A stretch of DNA of 64,000 nucleotides from positions 186,001 through 250,000 of the forward strand of contig JAQOWU010000007.1 of the NCBI GenBank assembly GCA_030867685.1. Direction: 5' to 3'. Source of the DNA: Wickerhamiella versatilis (taxonomy: Eukaryota). A program made the position numbers and the translations under genes. The notes beneath the pieces were generated by a model that saw only the letters and a list, made by a program, of their open reading frames with translations, was not told the DNA's origin and ran no database searches. Below are positions 21,306 through 32,497 of the stretch, piece by piece (the stretch's first letter is position 1; each line of letters begins with the position of its first letter).

Positions 21306-22565
21306 TTACTCAACACCAGGAATAGAGTTCGTTATTGCTTGAACATTACTTTCGCTGGTAAACTTCACAGGGGCCACGGCATATTGCTTATTGTCCAAGT
21401 CAAACACTATATTAAGGTTGCGCATGATAGGATCTCCAAGAATATTGAGGAAGAATGTACCGCCAAAAATAGATCGAGATAACGCCAGGAACGACATGTA
21501 TCCCAGATCTTCGTAAACAAGGTCCTTGGCGGGAACAGTAACATTAAAGCCATCAAAATAGAATGTGAGACCTTCCTTGTCATCCATGTTGGCTGGACCT
21601 GGCTTCACGTAGAGCTGTTGAATCGGCTCATATACATAACCGTACTTCAACGCAATGATGTCAGCAAGATCCTGCGGCAGGACAAGTTCAGGCGTGCCTG
21701 TATCCCATATGGCCTGGAATGGTTGGCCATACACCTTAGTGTCAACAGCATAATATCCGCTCCCAACTGGTCCATCAGTGTACCAGGGAACGATAGAAAA
21801 CGGTCCATCAGCCTTGGCGGTGTCAACACCGCCGAGAAGTAATTTTGCCTCGGTTTGATCCTCATTCGTGAGGTAAAGGCTAAAAGCATTTGCGCTAATA
21901 GTTCCCTGATCCTTGAGCTGGGAAACAAACGGAGGGTACTTAGGATTGGCCGATTCTGCGTTCTCAACAGATATTCCTACAATTGCAATATTGTACATGA
22001 ACTCTTTGCTCGACTTATTCAAGAATGCAAACTCGTACTCTGGAACAGATGCAGCACCGATAGTAACGGTATCTTTGGCCCATGTCCCAGCAACCCTATT
22101 CGATCCATCGCCATAGGCCTCCCTAAAATCATCGTTCAGCCACTCGTAGTGAGGTGAAACTCCGGCCTCATATGTGTTATTATCTCCAGCAGATTTAGAA
22201 AACACCCAGGTGTCGCTGCTACCTGTATCAAGGATTCCAGTTAGCTTTTGTCCTCCGATCTCGTAGTCGAGATAATAACGCAAGCCTTCCCAGAACTCCA
22301 CCTTAGCGGTTTGCGGATAACTAGTCGTCAGTGATGTCACTGCACTACTTGATGAAGTGGTGCTTGCAATAGCGCTGGCTGAAGTAGGCGTATCGCTTTG
22401 AGTATCCCCAAGCTTTTTCAAGTTGTGGGATATGGTTGCATTGCGACGGGGTAACGTAGAATTTTGACGAGAAAGTGACACATGAACGACACCCTCACTT
22501 TCACGTTTCTCAGTAGGAGCTGCTAGGCAAAGGGCAAAAGCTGCCGCAATCAATGTAGGCTGCAT
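21306..22565 (-). CDS. Secreted pepsin-family aspartic protease
   Basis: Signal peptide, KR pro-site, catalytic DTGS and DTGT, ILGD. No GPI tail. Confidence 0.9.
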   Translation of the reverse strand: MQPTLIAAAFALCLAAPTEKRESEGVVHVSLSRQNSTLPRRNATISHNLKKLGDTQSDTPTSASAIASTTSSSSAVTSLTTSYPQTAKVEFWEGLRYYLDYEIGGQKLTGILDTGSSDTWVFSKSAGDNNTYEAGVSPHYEWLNDDFREAYGDGSNRVAGTWAKDTVTIGAASVPEYEFAFLNKSSKEFMYNIAIVGISVENAESANPKYPPFVSQLKDQGTISANAFSLYLTNEDQTEAKLLLGGVDTAKADGPFSIVPWYTDGPVGSGYYAVDTKVYGQPFQAIWDTGTPELVLPQDLADIIALKYGYVYEPIQQLYVKPGPANMDDKEGLTFYFDGFNVTVPAKDLVYEDLGYMSFLALSRSIFGGTFFLNILGDPIMRNLNIVFDLDNKQYAVAPVKFTSESNVQAITNSIPGVE

Positions 22566-22977
22566 CAGAGAACGAGCTTATACAACAGTTTACTTGGGAC
22601 TTTTATACAGGCTCTAATTTATGTATATATAATATATTTTGTCGTGGATGAAAATCACTTAATAATGCGCATATCATTCAAGATTAAGAAAGAAAGACAA
22701 ATTGTAAGATCTGCGAGCCAACGCTCATAGAGACGCAAATTCTTATCGGCTCATACTATCTATATATGTCAATATAATTGTAATATTAGAAGTACGAAGT
22801 CCAGTTTACTGCTTTATTGAATTCTCTTTTCGAAGTATCCCCGGCAAATCCCGATGACAAATATTGCATTCTTCTGAGATAAGAGCATGCGGCAAGCCAC
22901 TTGTCATTACTGATATAATGCGAAGATTATTCAAGATTTATTTATGAAGTAACAGATTTAGTTATCAAAGAAGTTGA

Positions 22978-23640
22978 TTAACATCCTTTGGGAGCATTTC
23001 CATTTGAATCAGGGAAGCATCTGTTTGTCGGACCAAAATAGCCACACGCTGGGAGATGCTCAGGCCCTAAACGAACAGCAGGACCATTAGAACCAGCAGT
23101 ATTCGTGTACATGTTGTTTTCCCACCATGATACGTCAACTATATGGTGATGACTAGTGGCAAAAAACATGAAAAGTGCTCCAAAGGCATTACCGATAGTC
23201 GCAGAGTTGTAAATCAAATATGTGTATTTTGACCACCAGCGTGGGTACTTGCTTTTAATGAGCCCACTGAATAACCAGCCCATTTGCCAATTTGGCCCGT
23301 TGTACCACCAATTATATGGAGCCCACGATTGATTGGCATTAAGTGCTGCCATTTCATTAAAAGTTGAAAGCCACTCCATGCCAAGCATGCCTCACTTCCG
23401 GCTTCCGACGGCGTGACCATTTGCAACTCATTTCGAAAGCTCTCTTGCACACCAAAATGGGATTGGATAGAAGGCACCCATCAGGAAACACCACTCAAGC
23501 ACTGGATCAAGACCATGCAGTACACGATTAGGCCCGATAGTACTCCCATTGAATTGCTGAGTTGTAATATATGTCCGCTGACTGACACATTCAAATTTAG
23601 ACGAATCATCTGGAGTAGGTGGTATCAAGAAAACTACCCT
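22978..23640 (-). pseudogene. 3' fragment of OPT-family oligopeptide transporter
   Basis: TIGPNRVL...WCFLMGA, KSKYPRWWSKYTYL, FMFFA...VSWWENN spread over frameshifted ORFs. 5' two-thirds absent. Confidence 0.8.
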
Positions 23641-23832
23641 TCACTCTAGTGGGTCTCAAGAGGAAAAAACATCGTGATGATTTGTATGTATTTTAGAAAA
23701 AAAAAGTCAAAATTACACCGTAGTAGCTATATCAGAGATTTAGCAACCTATTTGGTGGTCTGGTCGAAACACTTCAGTTCTATGGACTTTCTCGTACTGA
23801 CGGAAAGATACGCTTAAAGCAGGAGGTGCTCT

Positions 23833-23946
23833 CTAGCAGAATAGACTGCTGGTGCAATTAGATGGTATCTCGGTCACGTTTTAGTTGTTCTGAAAGTGCT
23901 TCTTGGCCGTATCAATATCCTTAAGAACCAGTTCACGGTTGGTCAA
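23833..23946 (-). pseudogene. 3'-terminal relic of a paralog of the 51356..53161 gene
   Basis: My translation LTNRELVLKDIDTAKKHFQNN*NVTEIPS versus FKDQRDAVMKDISTAKRWFARRGNTTEIHS. Confidence 0.65.
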
Positions 23947-24258
23947 GACCTGAGAAAGAAGTGAGTAAGAGACAAATTTCTTTCTATCCAGACAGGGCCC
24001 CAGATGTTCAACTAATCAGAAGGGTCAAGATATCCTTCCAATAAACCGGGTTATTAATCAAGGTGGTGGTGGCAGACAACGTGTATATTATTTCATTATA
24101 AAATATTCTATGGGAACTGAGAAATTAAGTAGAGGTGGTCTAGTTATATTTAATTTGATTATCAAAACCAAGGATATTACGACTAGTACGATTTGTATAT
24201 GTTTGTTATGATGAACCATCAAGTCAACCACTGTAAACAAAGTGGTAGTAGTGTGTCA

Positions 24259-24350
24259 TAGTATCAAGCGCATAATATCCACTCCCAACTAGTCCATCAG
24301 TGCACTAAGAAACAATAGTAAACAGTCTACCAACCTCAGCCGTGTCAACA
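24259..24350 (-). pseudogene. Internal relic of the aspartic protease gene
   Basis: Gap-free DNA match to about 21737-21828 (gcataatatccactcccaactagtccatcagtg versus gcataatatccgctcccaactggtccatcagtg). Confidence 0.75.
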
Positions 24351-24550
24351 TCATAGGAATACAGTTGCACTACTCAGCTTCGATTCTATCATTTTTAAAA
24401 GTAGTTATTAATGACAAATGGACTCCTCACGCCGACTAATAGGCTATGTATATGCGGATATAAAGTGGTCTACTAATACTTTTCATAGGCTACTTCGCTA
24501 TTCCTGTAAATTTCTGCTCAACGTAGATACCAGCCAAAACTTGCATAATA

Positions 24551-26431
24551 CTAAGGCGTTCCCAAATGACAATGGCTACTAGCCCATCCTCTCAGGCCTA
24601 GTGCCAATGAGAAAAGAGCGATAAGAAGCATGGTAGCGCCAACACTAACATTCAACGTGAACATTTGGTCAAAGCCTCGATAAATTTCGGCCTCGACAGT
24701 TTCTCTATTCGAAGACATAAAAATTAATCCACCGCAGACTAAACAGCAAGACATAAGAACCTCGGTCAAAGGCCTCTGCGGTATACCATCAGCAGGCGTT
24801 CCGCGAATGAACAGAACTACGAAGGTCAGGACTCGCAGTATTGCGGCAATACAGAACAATGTTCCCCACTGTATATGTATTGCCGTTGAAAGGTTCGTTT
24901 CCTGTTGATGGTGAGACATAAGGGCACCCGTCCAAAATATGATAAATGCTGGCATTGGATTCAGGGAGAAGGTACGAATAGTGGTTGAGCGATAGCTGGT
25001 ACCAAAAGCTAAACACATTGCACGATGGACGGTGGCTGATTCCAGGACTAGTCCGCAAAGACCACCTCCAAAGAACATAAATGCAATTGAAACATGCTGC
25101 AGATCCTTATGAGACCACTTTCCGTCATTGTTGCCAAGGTGTTCTAAAAAGACGTTTGTGGACCCATAAAAGAATATGAGGAAAGATTGCCAGAATTCCA
25201 TGGTAGGATACTCTGGCCAGAACTTTAAATATCTAGTCCAGGCATAACAATTTTCGTTCGATATACCAAGTTCTTTCGAATATTGCAAGGACTCTATAGG
25301 CTGGGCATTCCAGGCCATGCCATATTCAGCAAAAGCACCAAAATAGCGAGCCAACTCAAAGAATCCCAACATGAAGAATACAGAGCCTTTAATAAAGTGC
25401 GCCAATAGCGCGAAAACCTTATGTCCTCGTCCAAGGCAAAAGCCTGTAGCACATCCGAGCAATACGTATTGTAATCCAAGCACTAGTAAAGGAAAGTTCA
25501 GTACGGAAAATACTAGTATTGAGAAACTATGACTTGCATTTGCAACTCTGACAATAAGCGGGCTTCTTGTGAGACGCAGTACTATTCTGGGTACTTTAGT
25601 CTGAGCACTATGGGAAGCATCGGTACCGATAAGACTTTCAGCATCGATATCGAAGGAGTCTCGTGAATGCAAAGTTCCTGAGTTGGATGATTCATCGTCA
25701 TTAATAGACGTCTCCTGCCGTTCCCGAACCGGCAAAGTTTGGTGCTCTATTTGGCGAGGCTCCGGTGCGATGCTACTGGCCCTTTCGTATAAGTTGTTCT
25801 CTCGATGTTGTTGTCCAATTGACTTCACTATCATCGCCGTCCAATGCATGGCCGTTAGGAACAGCATGATTATGGAAGCTTTGGGATAAATAGCACCAGG
25901 ATACAGATCTGGCGCTGTTGGCATGTACAATACGAGAAATAAAATAGATAAGGCCACACATATTGCTTGAGCTGACTGAAGAGGAACATAGAGCGACTGT
26001 GCCCGAGTGTCGGTGCTCATTAAGACAGCCGTAGGGTAGAGCACCACCCAGCTGAATACCATAAGACTTGCATGCAAATAAAGAAAGACTTTATTTCCTT
26101 GCTCAGCGTTGAAAAAGGTTGTCGCGTTATACTGCTCCCAATATTTGCGCTGTTGCGGTTCTAAGTGAGGAATTTCTAGCACCGGCCTGCCGTGGTGTGC
26201 ACTCATAGACATGGGTGAAGGCTCCATTTCATGATCAGTATCATTTGTAACATCACTAGTGATACCTCGGTATGAAAAATGGGCTTGGATATCTTTTATT
26301 TCTGGCTCCTTGCCAGGGGAGGTTGAGATCCCGTGTGCTCTGGGCATCTTGCCATCCACATTGGGTATAAATGCACCGCTTCATGGTCCAACTACCAAGC
26401 ATAATATACCAAGTAGATCTGATGGTCGCAT
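24551..26431 (-). CDS. Ytp1/YCR061W-like (DUF2427 + Ytp1) multi-pass membrane protein; TGA interrupts the signal peptide
   Basis: LAHFIKGSVFF, YGSTNVFLEHL, WSHKDLQH, NPMPAFIIFWTG-x2-MS-x-HQQ. In-frame ATG 26431 gives a signal peptide broken by TGA at 26381-26383; next ATG is at 26347. Confidence 0.8.
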
Positions 26432-26737
26432 CGAGCAGCTGTAGTACTCCTCCTGCTACTTTATGAACAGATATACATATCTATATACTGTCGGAACCTG
26501 ATTCCCCGAATGGGTTAGGGCCATTATGAGAATCCACGTTTTTCTGGCTATGGCCTAAAGTAAAAAGGGAATATGTACAAATTTTATGGAATTTAGCAAA
26601 GAGGTTCGGTTTAGTTTGTAGCTTATCTAGAGTTTGACTCTAGGCTATATTACTCCAATCCACAAAAGATATTTTTAGTCGGATCCTATCTCCCCGAATT
26701 ACATAACTGGATTTAATCTCCCCGAGTGATTGGAAAT

Positions 26738-28711
26738 ATGGCACCTATCAGAGGTGTTGAGCGTAAAGCAGCATTAGCATGTGATGCATGTCGCCAGCGG
26801 AAGATACGTTGTGATAGCTCAAGACCGGTATGTGGGTCTTGTAGAGATTCTCGAGTAGTATGTGCTTACACGCCGACTACACGCCCAACCAAAGCGGACT
26901 GGAGATACGAGGAGCTCTCACAAAAGCTAAGTAACATTGAAGCAATATTGATGAACCGTCTGGTGAAACCGTCTGACTCTGGAAATATAAAAGAGCTTAT
27001 CGCGGATAATAATGCAGCTCCGGAGATGAACCCTGCTGAGCAAGAAATTGTCGCCAGGTCTGAGGCACCTTTATTCAATGACGTAGTCAAATTTGTTGTG
27101 AGAGATTTGGGTCTCAATAATTTTGGCTGCTCACTTACAGTGCTCTCATATCTGAGCAAATCAATTCAACAATCTGACACACTTCAGAGGCTGAGATCTT
27201 TGTCTAAGCATATAATGCAAAAAAGAACACCAGTAAATTATAGACTCGAGAGCAATGTGGGCCGTCAGGAATTAGATGTGAAACTGGTAAAGTGGTCTAT
27301 CGAAAGACACTGTGAGCGGTTGCAAGCGGCAAATCCCGATAACCCTGATATTCCTGATCATGAGAAAGTTGCACAAATTCTCCCTAAAAGATCTACGGAT
27401 ATGGTTTTGCGTTTTCTCATGACTTCCCGCGATTTCGAATCAGATGCGTGGGAGCAAATGTCTCCTTGGTTGAGGACGGGATTCGAGGTAGCTGCGGTGA
27501 TAGAAACCTTCTACGCTGCTCAATTTGCTGGTAATACTATTGGGATACCGTTTCCCGAGGAATTTTGTGAAGACCAAAAGGCTATTGCCATAAACATTGC
27601 GATTGAGTTTCTAGAGTCATTGGAGTTCTTGCCATCTAGCTTTTTGCTTGTGAGATGTGGTATGGTAATCATATGGCTTCTGAACAAGTTCTCCTTTTTA
27701 CCCTCTGCCTCTGTGTTTCATGCCACATTGCTTTCAAAGGCACGATCAATTGGAATGGATCGAAAAGATGTTAACGAGAAGTTTCCATTAAATATGGCTG
27801 TACAAAGATTATTTGTGTGGCGCATGCTTTTAGTGTTTCAGCAGACTTCAGCTCTGTTTAGACTTGAGGAGCCAATCATTGTTCGGCCAGATTCCATAAC
27901 CACTTATTTCGGCGCAAAGAGTCCAGCAGATCATAGTATCGGGATTCACAGCATATACAACGAAGCAAGGGAGAAACTATTCTCAGTCAATAACGCTAAA
28001 TATTCACCAAAAACTCTCTATAACACAATACTGAGGCTTGACACAGATATCTCAATTTGGTACAGCAAATTACCTGGACACTATCATCAAGGACCTTTTG
28101 ACTACCGCTCTCCAAACACAGTAGATTTTGTCGAATGGCTGAAATCTCATTACATACCAGTGACAAGGCTGAAGTATCTTATTACCTTGCTTATTATTCA
28201 TAGCATTCCGGCATTTTATCCAAATTATCTACCTGCATCATTTCCGAGACCATCTCTTGAAATTGTCACTGAATGTGCCTTTAAGATAATTGATATTGCC
28301 ACAAAGGAGGTACAAATTCACCGTTCCTTGAGCAATGCAGCCTGCAATGTTGTCACCAGCGCAGTGATCACTCTTTTTTGTAGGCAAGTGCGATACCCTC
28401 AGCACCAGCAAGAGAATCAGCAGAATTTGGAGATACTACAGGTTAATATGATATATTTAATTGGCCACGCTGTATTTCTAGGAACAGACACGTCAAAAAT
28501 TCAGGTTTTCGAATTGTGGAAAGGACTTATGGAAATCATGAGTGACTTATTACTCAAACCGTCAATACCACAGCAGCCAGAAAAAGATCTTAACGCTGAA
28601 GCATATTCGTTTTTTGATGGATTTGCACCTTCCTTTCTACCGAACGTTGGTGATGAGAATATGCTGTTAAGCGAATACGATACTGAAAACAACAATTGCA
28701 TAATCAATTGA
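26738..28711 (+). CDS. Zn(II)2Cys6 transcription factor
   Basis: ACDACRQRKIRCDSSRPVCGSCRDSRVVCAY, followed by a fungal TF middle region. Confidence 0.9.
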   Translation: MAPIRGVERKAALACDACRQRKIRCDSSRPVCGSCRDSRVVCAYTPTTRPTKADWRYEELSQKLSNIEAILMNRLVKPSDSGNIKELIADNNAAPEMNPAEQEIVARSEAPLFNDVVKFVVRDLGLNNFGCSLTVLSYLSKSIQQSDTLQRLRSLSKHIMQKRTPVNYRLESNVGRQELDVKLVKWSIERHCERLQAANPDNPDIPDHEKVAQILPKRSTDMVLRFLMTSRDFESDAWEQMSPWLRTGFEVAAVIETFYAAQFAGNTIGIPFPEEFCEDQKAIAINIAIEFLESLEFLPSSFLLVRCGMVIIWLLNKFSFLPSASVFHATLLSKARSIGMDRKDVNEKFPLNMAVQRLFVWRMLLVFQQTSALFRLEEPIIVRPDSITTYFGAKSPADHSIGIHSIYNEAREKLFSVNNAKYSPKTLYNTILRLDTDISIWYSKLPGHYHQGPFDYRSPNTVDFVEWLKSHYIPVTRLKYLITLLIIHSIPAFYPNYLPASFPRPSLEIVTECAFKIIDIATKEVQIHRSLSNAACNVVTSAVITLFCRQVRYPQHQQENQQNLEILQVNMIYLIGHAVFLGTDTSKIQVFELWKGLMEIMSDLLLKPSIPQQPEKDLNAEAYSFFDGFAPSFLPNVGDENMLLSEYDTENNNCIIN

Positions 28712-28796
28712 TAAAGGTTAGCCTAGTGCCAAGTTTGGTGTACATAAATCGCATTGCACGGGATGTGGCTTCATCCCGCCAACAGGTAAAAGAGTA

Positions 28797-29981
28797 ATGA
28801 CAAAAAAAGAATATAGGAAGCAAAACGGGGAGATCATATCGTATCGTTTCTGCTCCTCTGCTACTCCCCCTTGTGTTTCCTGCAATACAATCCGGTCCAT
28901 CAGTTGGCACAAAAGTCCGATAGGTAGGGGCAGAGTGTGTAATTGGTGTCACCTACGGCACGAGGAACATGGGAGCTTCTGTCAAGATTGTGGGTATATC
29001 CCGTTATCCGAAGAAGTAACTAATGATTGTCTACAATACGAGTGCACTGGAGCTATACAGAAGAGTCCACCCAGCCAGCCCACAAAAAAATGCATGTCCT
29101 GCCACCAAGTACCCTTGGGCTGGATGGCTAGTTGGGATAACGCGTCAGGTCAATTGTGTCCACAGTGTGGAGATCGTTATAAGCATGTTAATATGTACTG
29201 TGATGTACCATATTGCCACTTCGTTCCGTTTCAGTACCAGATTGAAAAGGCAGGAAAGAAGGGGTTATTTAATTGTCTCCAATGCGGACACGGAATCCAA
29301 AAAAATGATGCTCTGACCCCTGAAAAAAGAGGTGATGATGTTGTGGCCCAGGACCCACCAGGCATTGATAATCCACCCCTCAACCTCTCGGATGCTGGTG
29401 GACTTCAGGCAGGCACTAGACGCTCACGAGGTAGAAAAGCTGGAGCTGGACCTTCGGGGCCCTGTCTTGCCTGTGGCACTACAGATACCGTGAAATGGCG
29501 CCCGAGCTGGGATAGTAAACAAGGTGTGCTCTGCAATCCCTGCGGCAAACGCCACATAAAACATCCCGCACACTGCACATTATGCGGCTTCATACCGAAC
29601 AAAAGGGAGTGGGAGAAAATGGAAATTATGGTCAGAATAGGAGAGCAAGGGGAGAAACTCTTTTGGTGCCCTACCTGTAGTCGTCAAACCGGTGGCGATC
29701 AATATACTGTTGTTTGGACACCGCCTCCTGATAAAGCTAGCCCGCGCATATGCTTTTCATGTGGAGAAAACAATACCCTTACATGGCACCAAAGCTGGGA
29801 ACCGGGTCAGATGCTGTGCAATCCCTGTGGAGTTCGCTGGAGGAACATGGGTGTGCACTGCGACTGTGGTTATGTTCCCTTCAAGTCACAGTTGGATAAA
29901 GCCCTGCCTGACGAGCAGGGTAATCAAACTATCCAATGTAAAAAATGCGAAAAAGTGATGACCGTCCATGTGCCGAATTAG
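28797..29981 (+). CDS. Cys-rich protein with four tandem Ash1-like GATA-type zinc modules, probably 5'-truncated
   Basis: Four repeats of Cx2C...W-x2-S(W)...(L/V)Cx2C-x2-R...C-x1-4-C(G/H)(F/Y)(I/V)P...Cx2-4C. Confidence 0.7.
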   Translation: MTKKEYRKQNGEIISYRFCSSATPPCVSCNTIRSISWHKSPIGRGRVCNWCHLRHEEHGSFCQDCGYIPLSEEVTNDCLQYECTGAIQKSPPSQPTKKCMSCHQVPLGWMASWDNASGQLCPQCGDRYKHVNMYCDVPYCHFVPFQYQIEKAGKKGLFNCLQCGHGIQKNDALTPEKRGDDVVAQDPPGIDNPPLNLSDAGGLQAGTRRSRGRKAGAGPSGPCLACGTTDTVKWRPSWDSKQGVLCNPCGKRHIKHPAHCTLCGFIPNKREWEKMEIMVRIGEQGEKLFWCPTCSRQTGGDQYTVVWTPPPDKASPRICFSCGENNTLTWHQSWEPGQMLCNPCGVRWRNMGVHCDCGYVPFKSQLDKALPDEQGNQTIQCKKCEKVMTVHVPN

Positions 29982-30183
29982 AAGCCAAACCCAGCTACTC
30001 CAGAGAAAAAAGTCACTTGTGCCACGATCGGAGCATAGAAGATTGATAATATGGCACTGGAGAGATTTAGGTGTTGACTGCTTGAGGTGAAAAAGGTTGA
30101 TCTCCTGATAACGAGCTACTCTCATCCCTTTTATCGTCTATACGCCATCCGCTGCAAATTGCCTACCAAGTACTACCGAATAT

Positions 30184-31752
30184 CTAGTAAGAGTATCTAA
30201 AGTTCTTATTCTCCACATCCGTCAGGTCCATATCCGTCGTTGTCGTAGCCTTAGTCAGAGTCACAGGCCCAAAGGTCCTCTCCCGATAACGATTCTTGAT
30301 TATGTAAAAGCACAGCAGGACGATCTGCAGAATGAAAGACACAACGCTCAACGCGGCCATTGCCTCCTTCGCTGAGGGATAACCGCTCTTTTTCTCGCTG
30401 TCTTTAAACATTTGAGGGCCTGAAATATGAGCCGCTGAGTACGTCGTCAGGGTTAGGGCGCTCACTGTGATCTTTTTTGTGTGCCCCGCGACGTTGGAGG
30501 TGACCATCGAGAGCATTCCGCCGAAGGAGACGTTGGACACCCAATTCCAGATCCATATGCCGCTGAGTTTTGCGGCGGTGTTGGGACCCCACGCAATGAA
30601 GCAGCAGCACAGCACATTGATAGCGCCGGCGGGGATCATGTATGCGCTTCGGCACTTCGAGAATACGCCATAGAGCGAGAGGATGCTGATGAGGCCGCAC
30701 CCGACGATCTGGCAGGCGCCGCCCGGAATTGTCATGAGCAGCGACTGGGAGTCGGAGTCGACGACTTGCTTTACGAGGGTGTTTTGGAAAGTGGCCATGG
30801 CGCCGAAGATAATAATGCACGTAAAGACATTGAGTAGGATTAGAATTGTGTGAACGGCATCCGAGGTGACGATTTCCCTAATTTGGTACCACTTAATCTT
30901 AGAGTTGCCGTAGCCCTGCTGGTTTCCCCGTATGCGAACAAGCAGTGCGCGCTTCTCGGCGCCGGTGAGAAACCACGCTTGCTCGGGCGTGTTTGGCACG
31001 ACAGCGAAGTACGCAATTCCACTGACTATGGTCAATGCTCCGAAGATGAGATGAATTATACGCCAGCGGCCGAGCGTCCAGTCCTTAATCATGAGCCCGT
31101 AGCCAACCGCGTTCACGAGGATGACGGTAAGGCCATTAAAGCAGGTCCATACCATACCCCCCGCGGCGAAGTGTTGATGTTTGGGGAAGAATTGACTGGT
31201 GGTTACTTGGAACGACGTGACGATAACTGATTCGCCAGCGCCAAGCAGAACGCGACACACAATGTAACCCGCGTAGGATTGAGACGCCGCTGAGCATACG
31301 ACGACAATCCCCCAGAGCAGCATCACAATGCCAGTCCAACGCGGCCCACATTTCTTGACCACTAGCAACGACAACGGGATCTCGGCAACCAGGTAGCCAA
31401 AATATGTGCTGCTACTGGACCACGAGAACTGGTACGTGGTCATGTCAAGACCACCCTTCCAGCCCTGCGGTTTCTCCTTGATGCCAAGAATTGCTGCGGT
31501 GGACAGGATGTACTTGTCAGTATACATTATCATGTATGCCCACCCCAGCATCATATTGAGAGCCCACGTTTTAGCTATAAGCGACCGCATATGCTTCCGC
31601 GTAGTGCCTAGCTGCTCAAGAGTTTCCGCTTCGACATTTTCTATGAACTCCTCCCCCTGTTTCTCGTCGACTGGATATGACTCACTAGAATTCTCGACGT
31701 GTTCAACGTCCGTGTTCTTTTTATCGACTCGCATGATCGACGAAAATCTCAT
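30184..31752 (-). CDS. MFS allantoate/dipeptide permease (Dal5/ACS family)
   Basis: DKYILSTAAILG, YFGYLVAE, RVLLGAGES, WRIIHL, PNTPEQAWFL, NVAGHTKK, GPQMF, DLTDVENKNFRYSY. Confidence 0.9.
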   Translation of the reverse strand: MRFSSIMRVDKKNTDVEHVENSSESYPVDEKQGEEFIENVEAETLEQLGTTRKHMRSLIAKTWALNMMLGWAYMIMYTDKYILSTAAILGIKEKPQGWKGGLDMTTYQFSWSSSSTYFGYLVAEIPLSLLVVKKCGPRWTGIVMLLWGIVVVCSAASQSYAGYIVCRVLLGAGESVIVTSFQVTTSQFFPKHQHFAAGGMVWTCFNGLTVILVNAVGYGLMIKDWTLGRWRIIHLIFGALTIVSGIAYFAVVPNTPEQAWFLTGAEKRALLVRIRGNQQGYGNSKIKWYQIREIVTSDAVHTILILLNVFTCIIIFGAMATFQNTLVKQVVDSDSQSLLMTIPGGACQIVGCGLISILSLYGVFSKCRSAYMIPAGAINVLCCCFIAWGPNTAAKLSGIWIWNWVSNVSFGGMLSMVTSNVAGHTKKITVSALTLTTYSAAHISGPQMFKDSEKKSGYPSAKEAMAALSVVSFILQIVLLCFYIIKNRYRERTFGPVTLTKATTTTDMDLTDVENKNFRYSY

Positions 31753-32497
31753 ATTCTGTAGGAACGTGACGCTATACAACTAAGCAAAAATCCTCTCCTC
31801 GTACATACGATTACGTCTTTTCCCCACCTTACGCGCTAAAAACTGCTATCAGTAATAAATGATGTCAGTAGTGCTGACCATCGCGATACTGCGTTTGCAG
31901 TTCGCGATCTATTGTTATGGCTGTAGATAAAAACAACTAGATAAAAAACCTAGCTCATCATCCCTGGCTATCTTTTATTAGCGTGCTATTCACTGAACCC
32001 CCTAGTAATATGTGTGCTACAATCGAACCCTTTCCCCATCCCCCGCCCATGCAAATCAGGTAACTGCGGCAGTTTTCATTCGGCCTTCGACGCAGCAAAT
32101 TCCAAGAGGAAGCACAGCATTTTTTTCATATAGTGCTGGTGCCCTCTCCTTACATCCTTCTTTCCCGTTGTTTCAGGCTGAATAGGGTTGTATTACTTAT
32201 CGTAGCACGTCGTATAGATTGCTTGAGCAGGATAGAGGCTAAACTGCGATTTGTTGCCATGTGCGAATCAAAATAGTACATATGCGAAATAACAGCGGCC
32301 TCAGCCCTCAAACTTTACTTTGGCACTTAAGTGTGGGGCCGTACATATCGACAGGTATCTGCACAAGATAAGATTGGGATATACACCACAAAACAATTTT
32401 CGCAAAACTCATCACAAGGAGTATGGCCGCACCCAAATTTATAGGAAAATAGCTATATAAGACCTCCACTGACTGCAAATTTAACCATCAAACACAA

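Noticed and set aside
30404-31783. Multiple overlapping ORFs over the permease
   Set aside because: Explained by high GC; no independent motifs.
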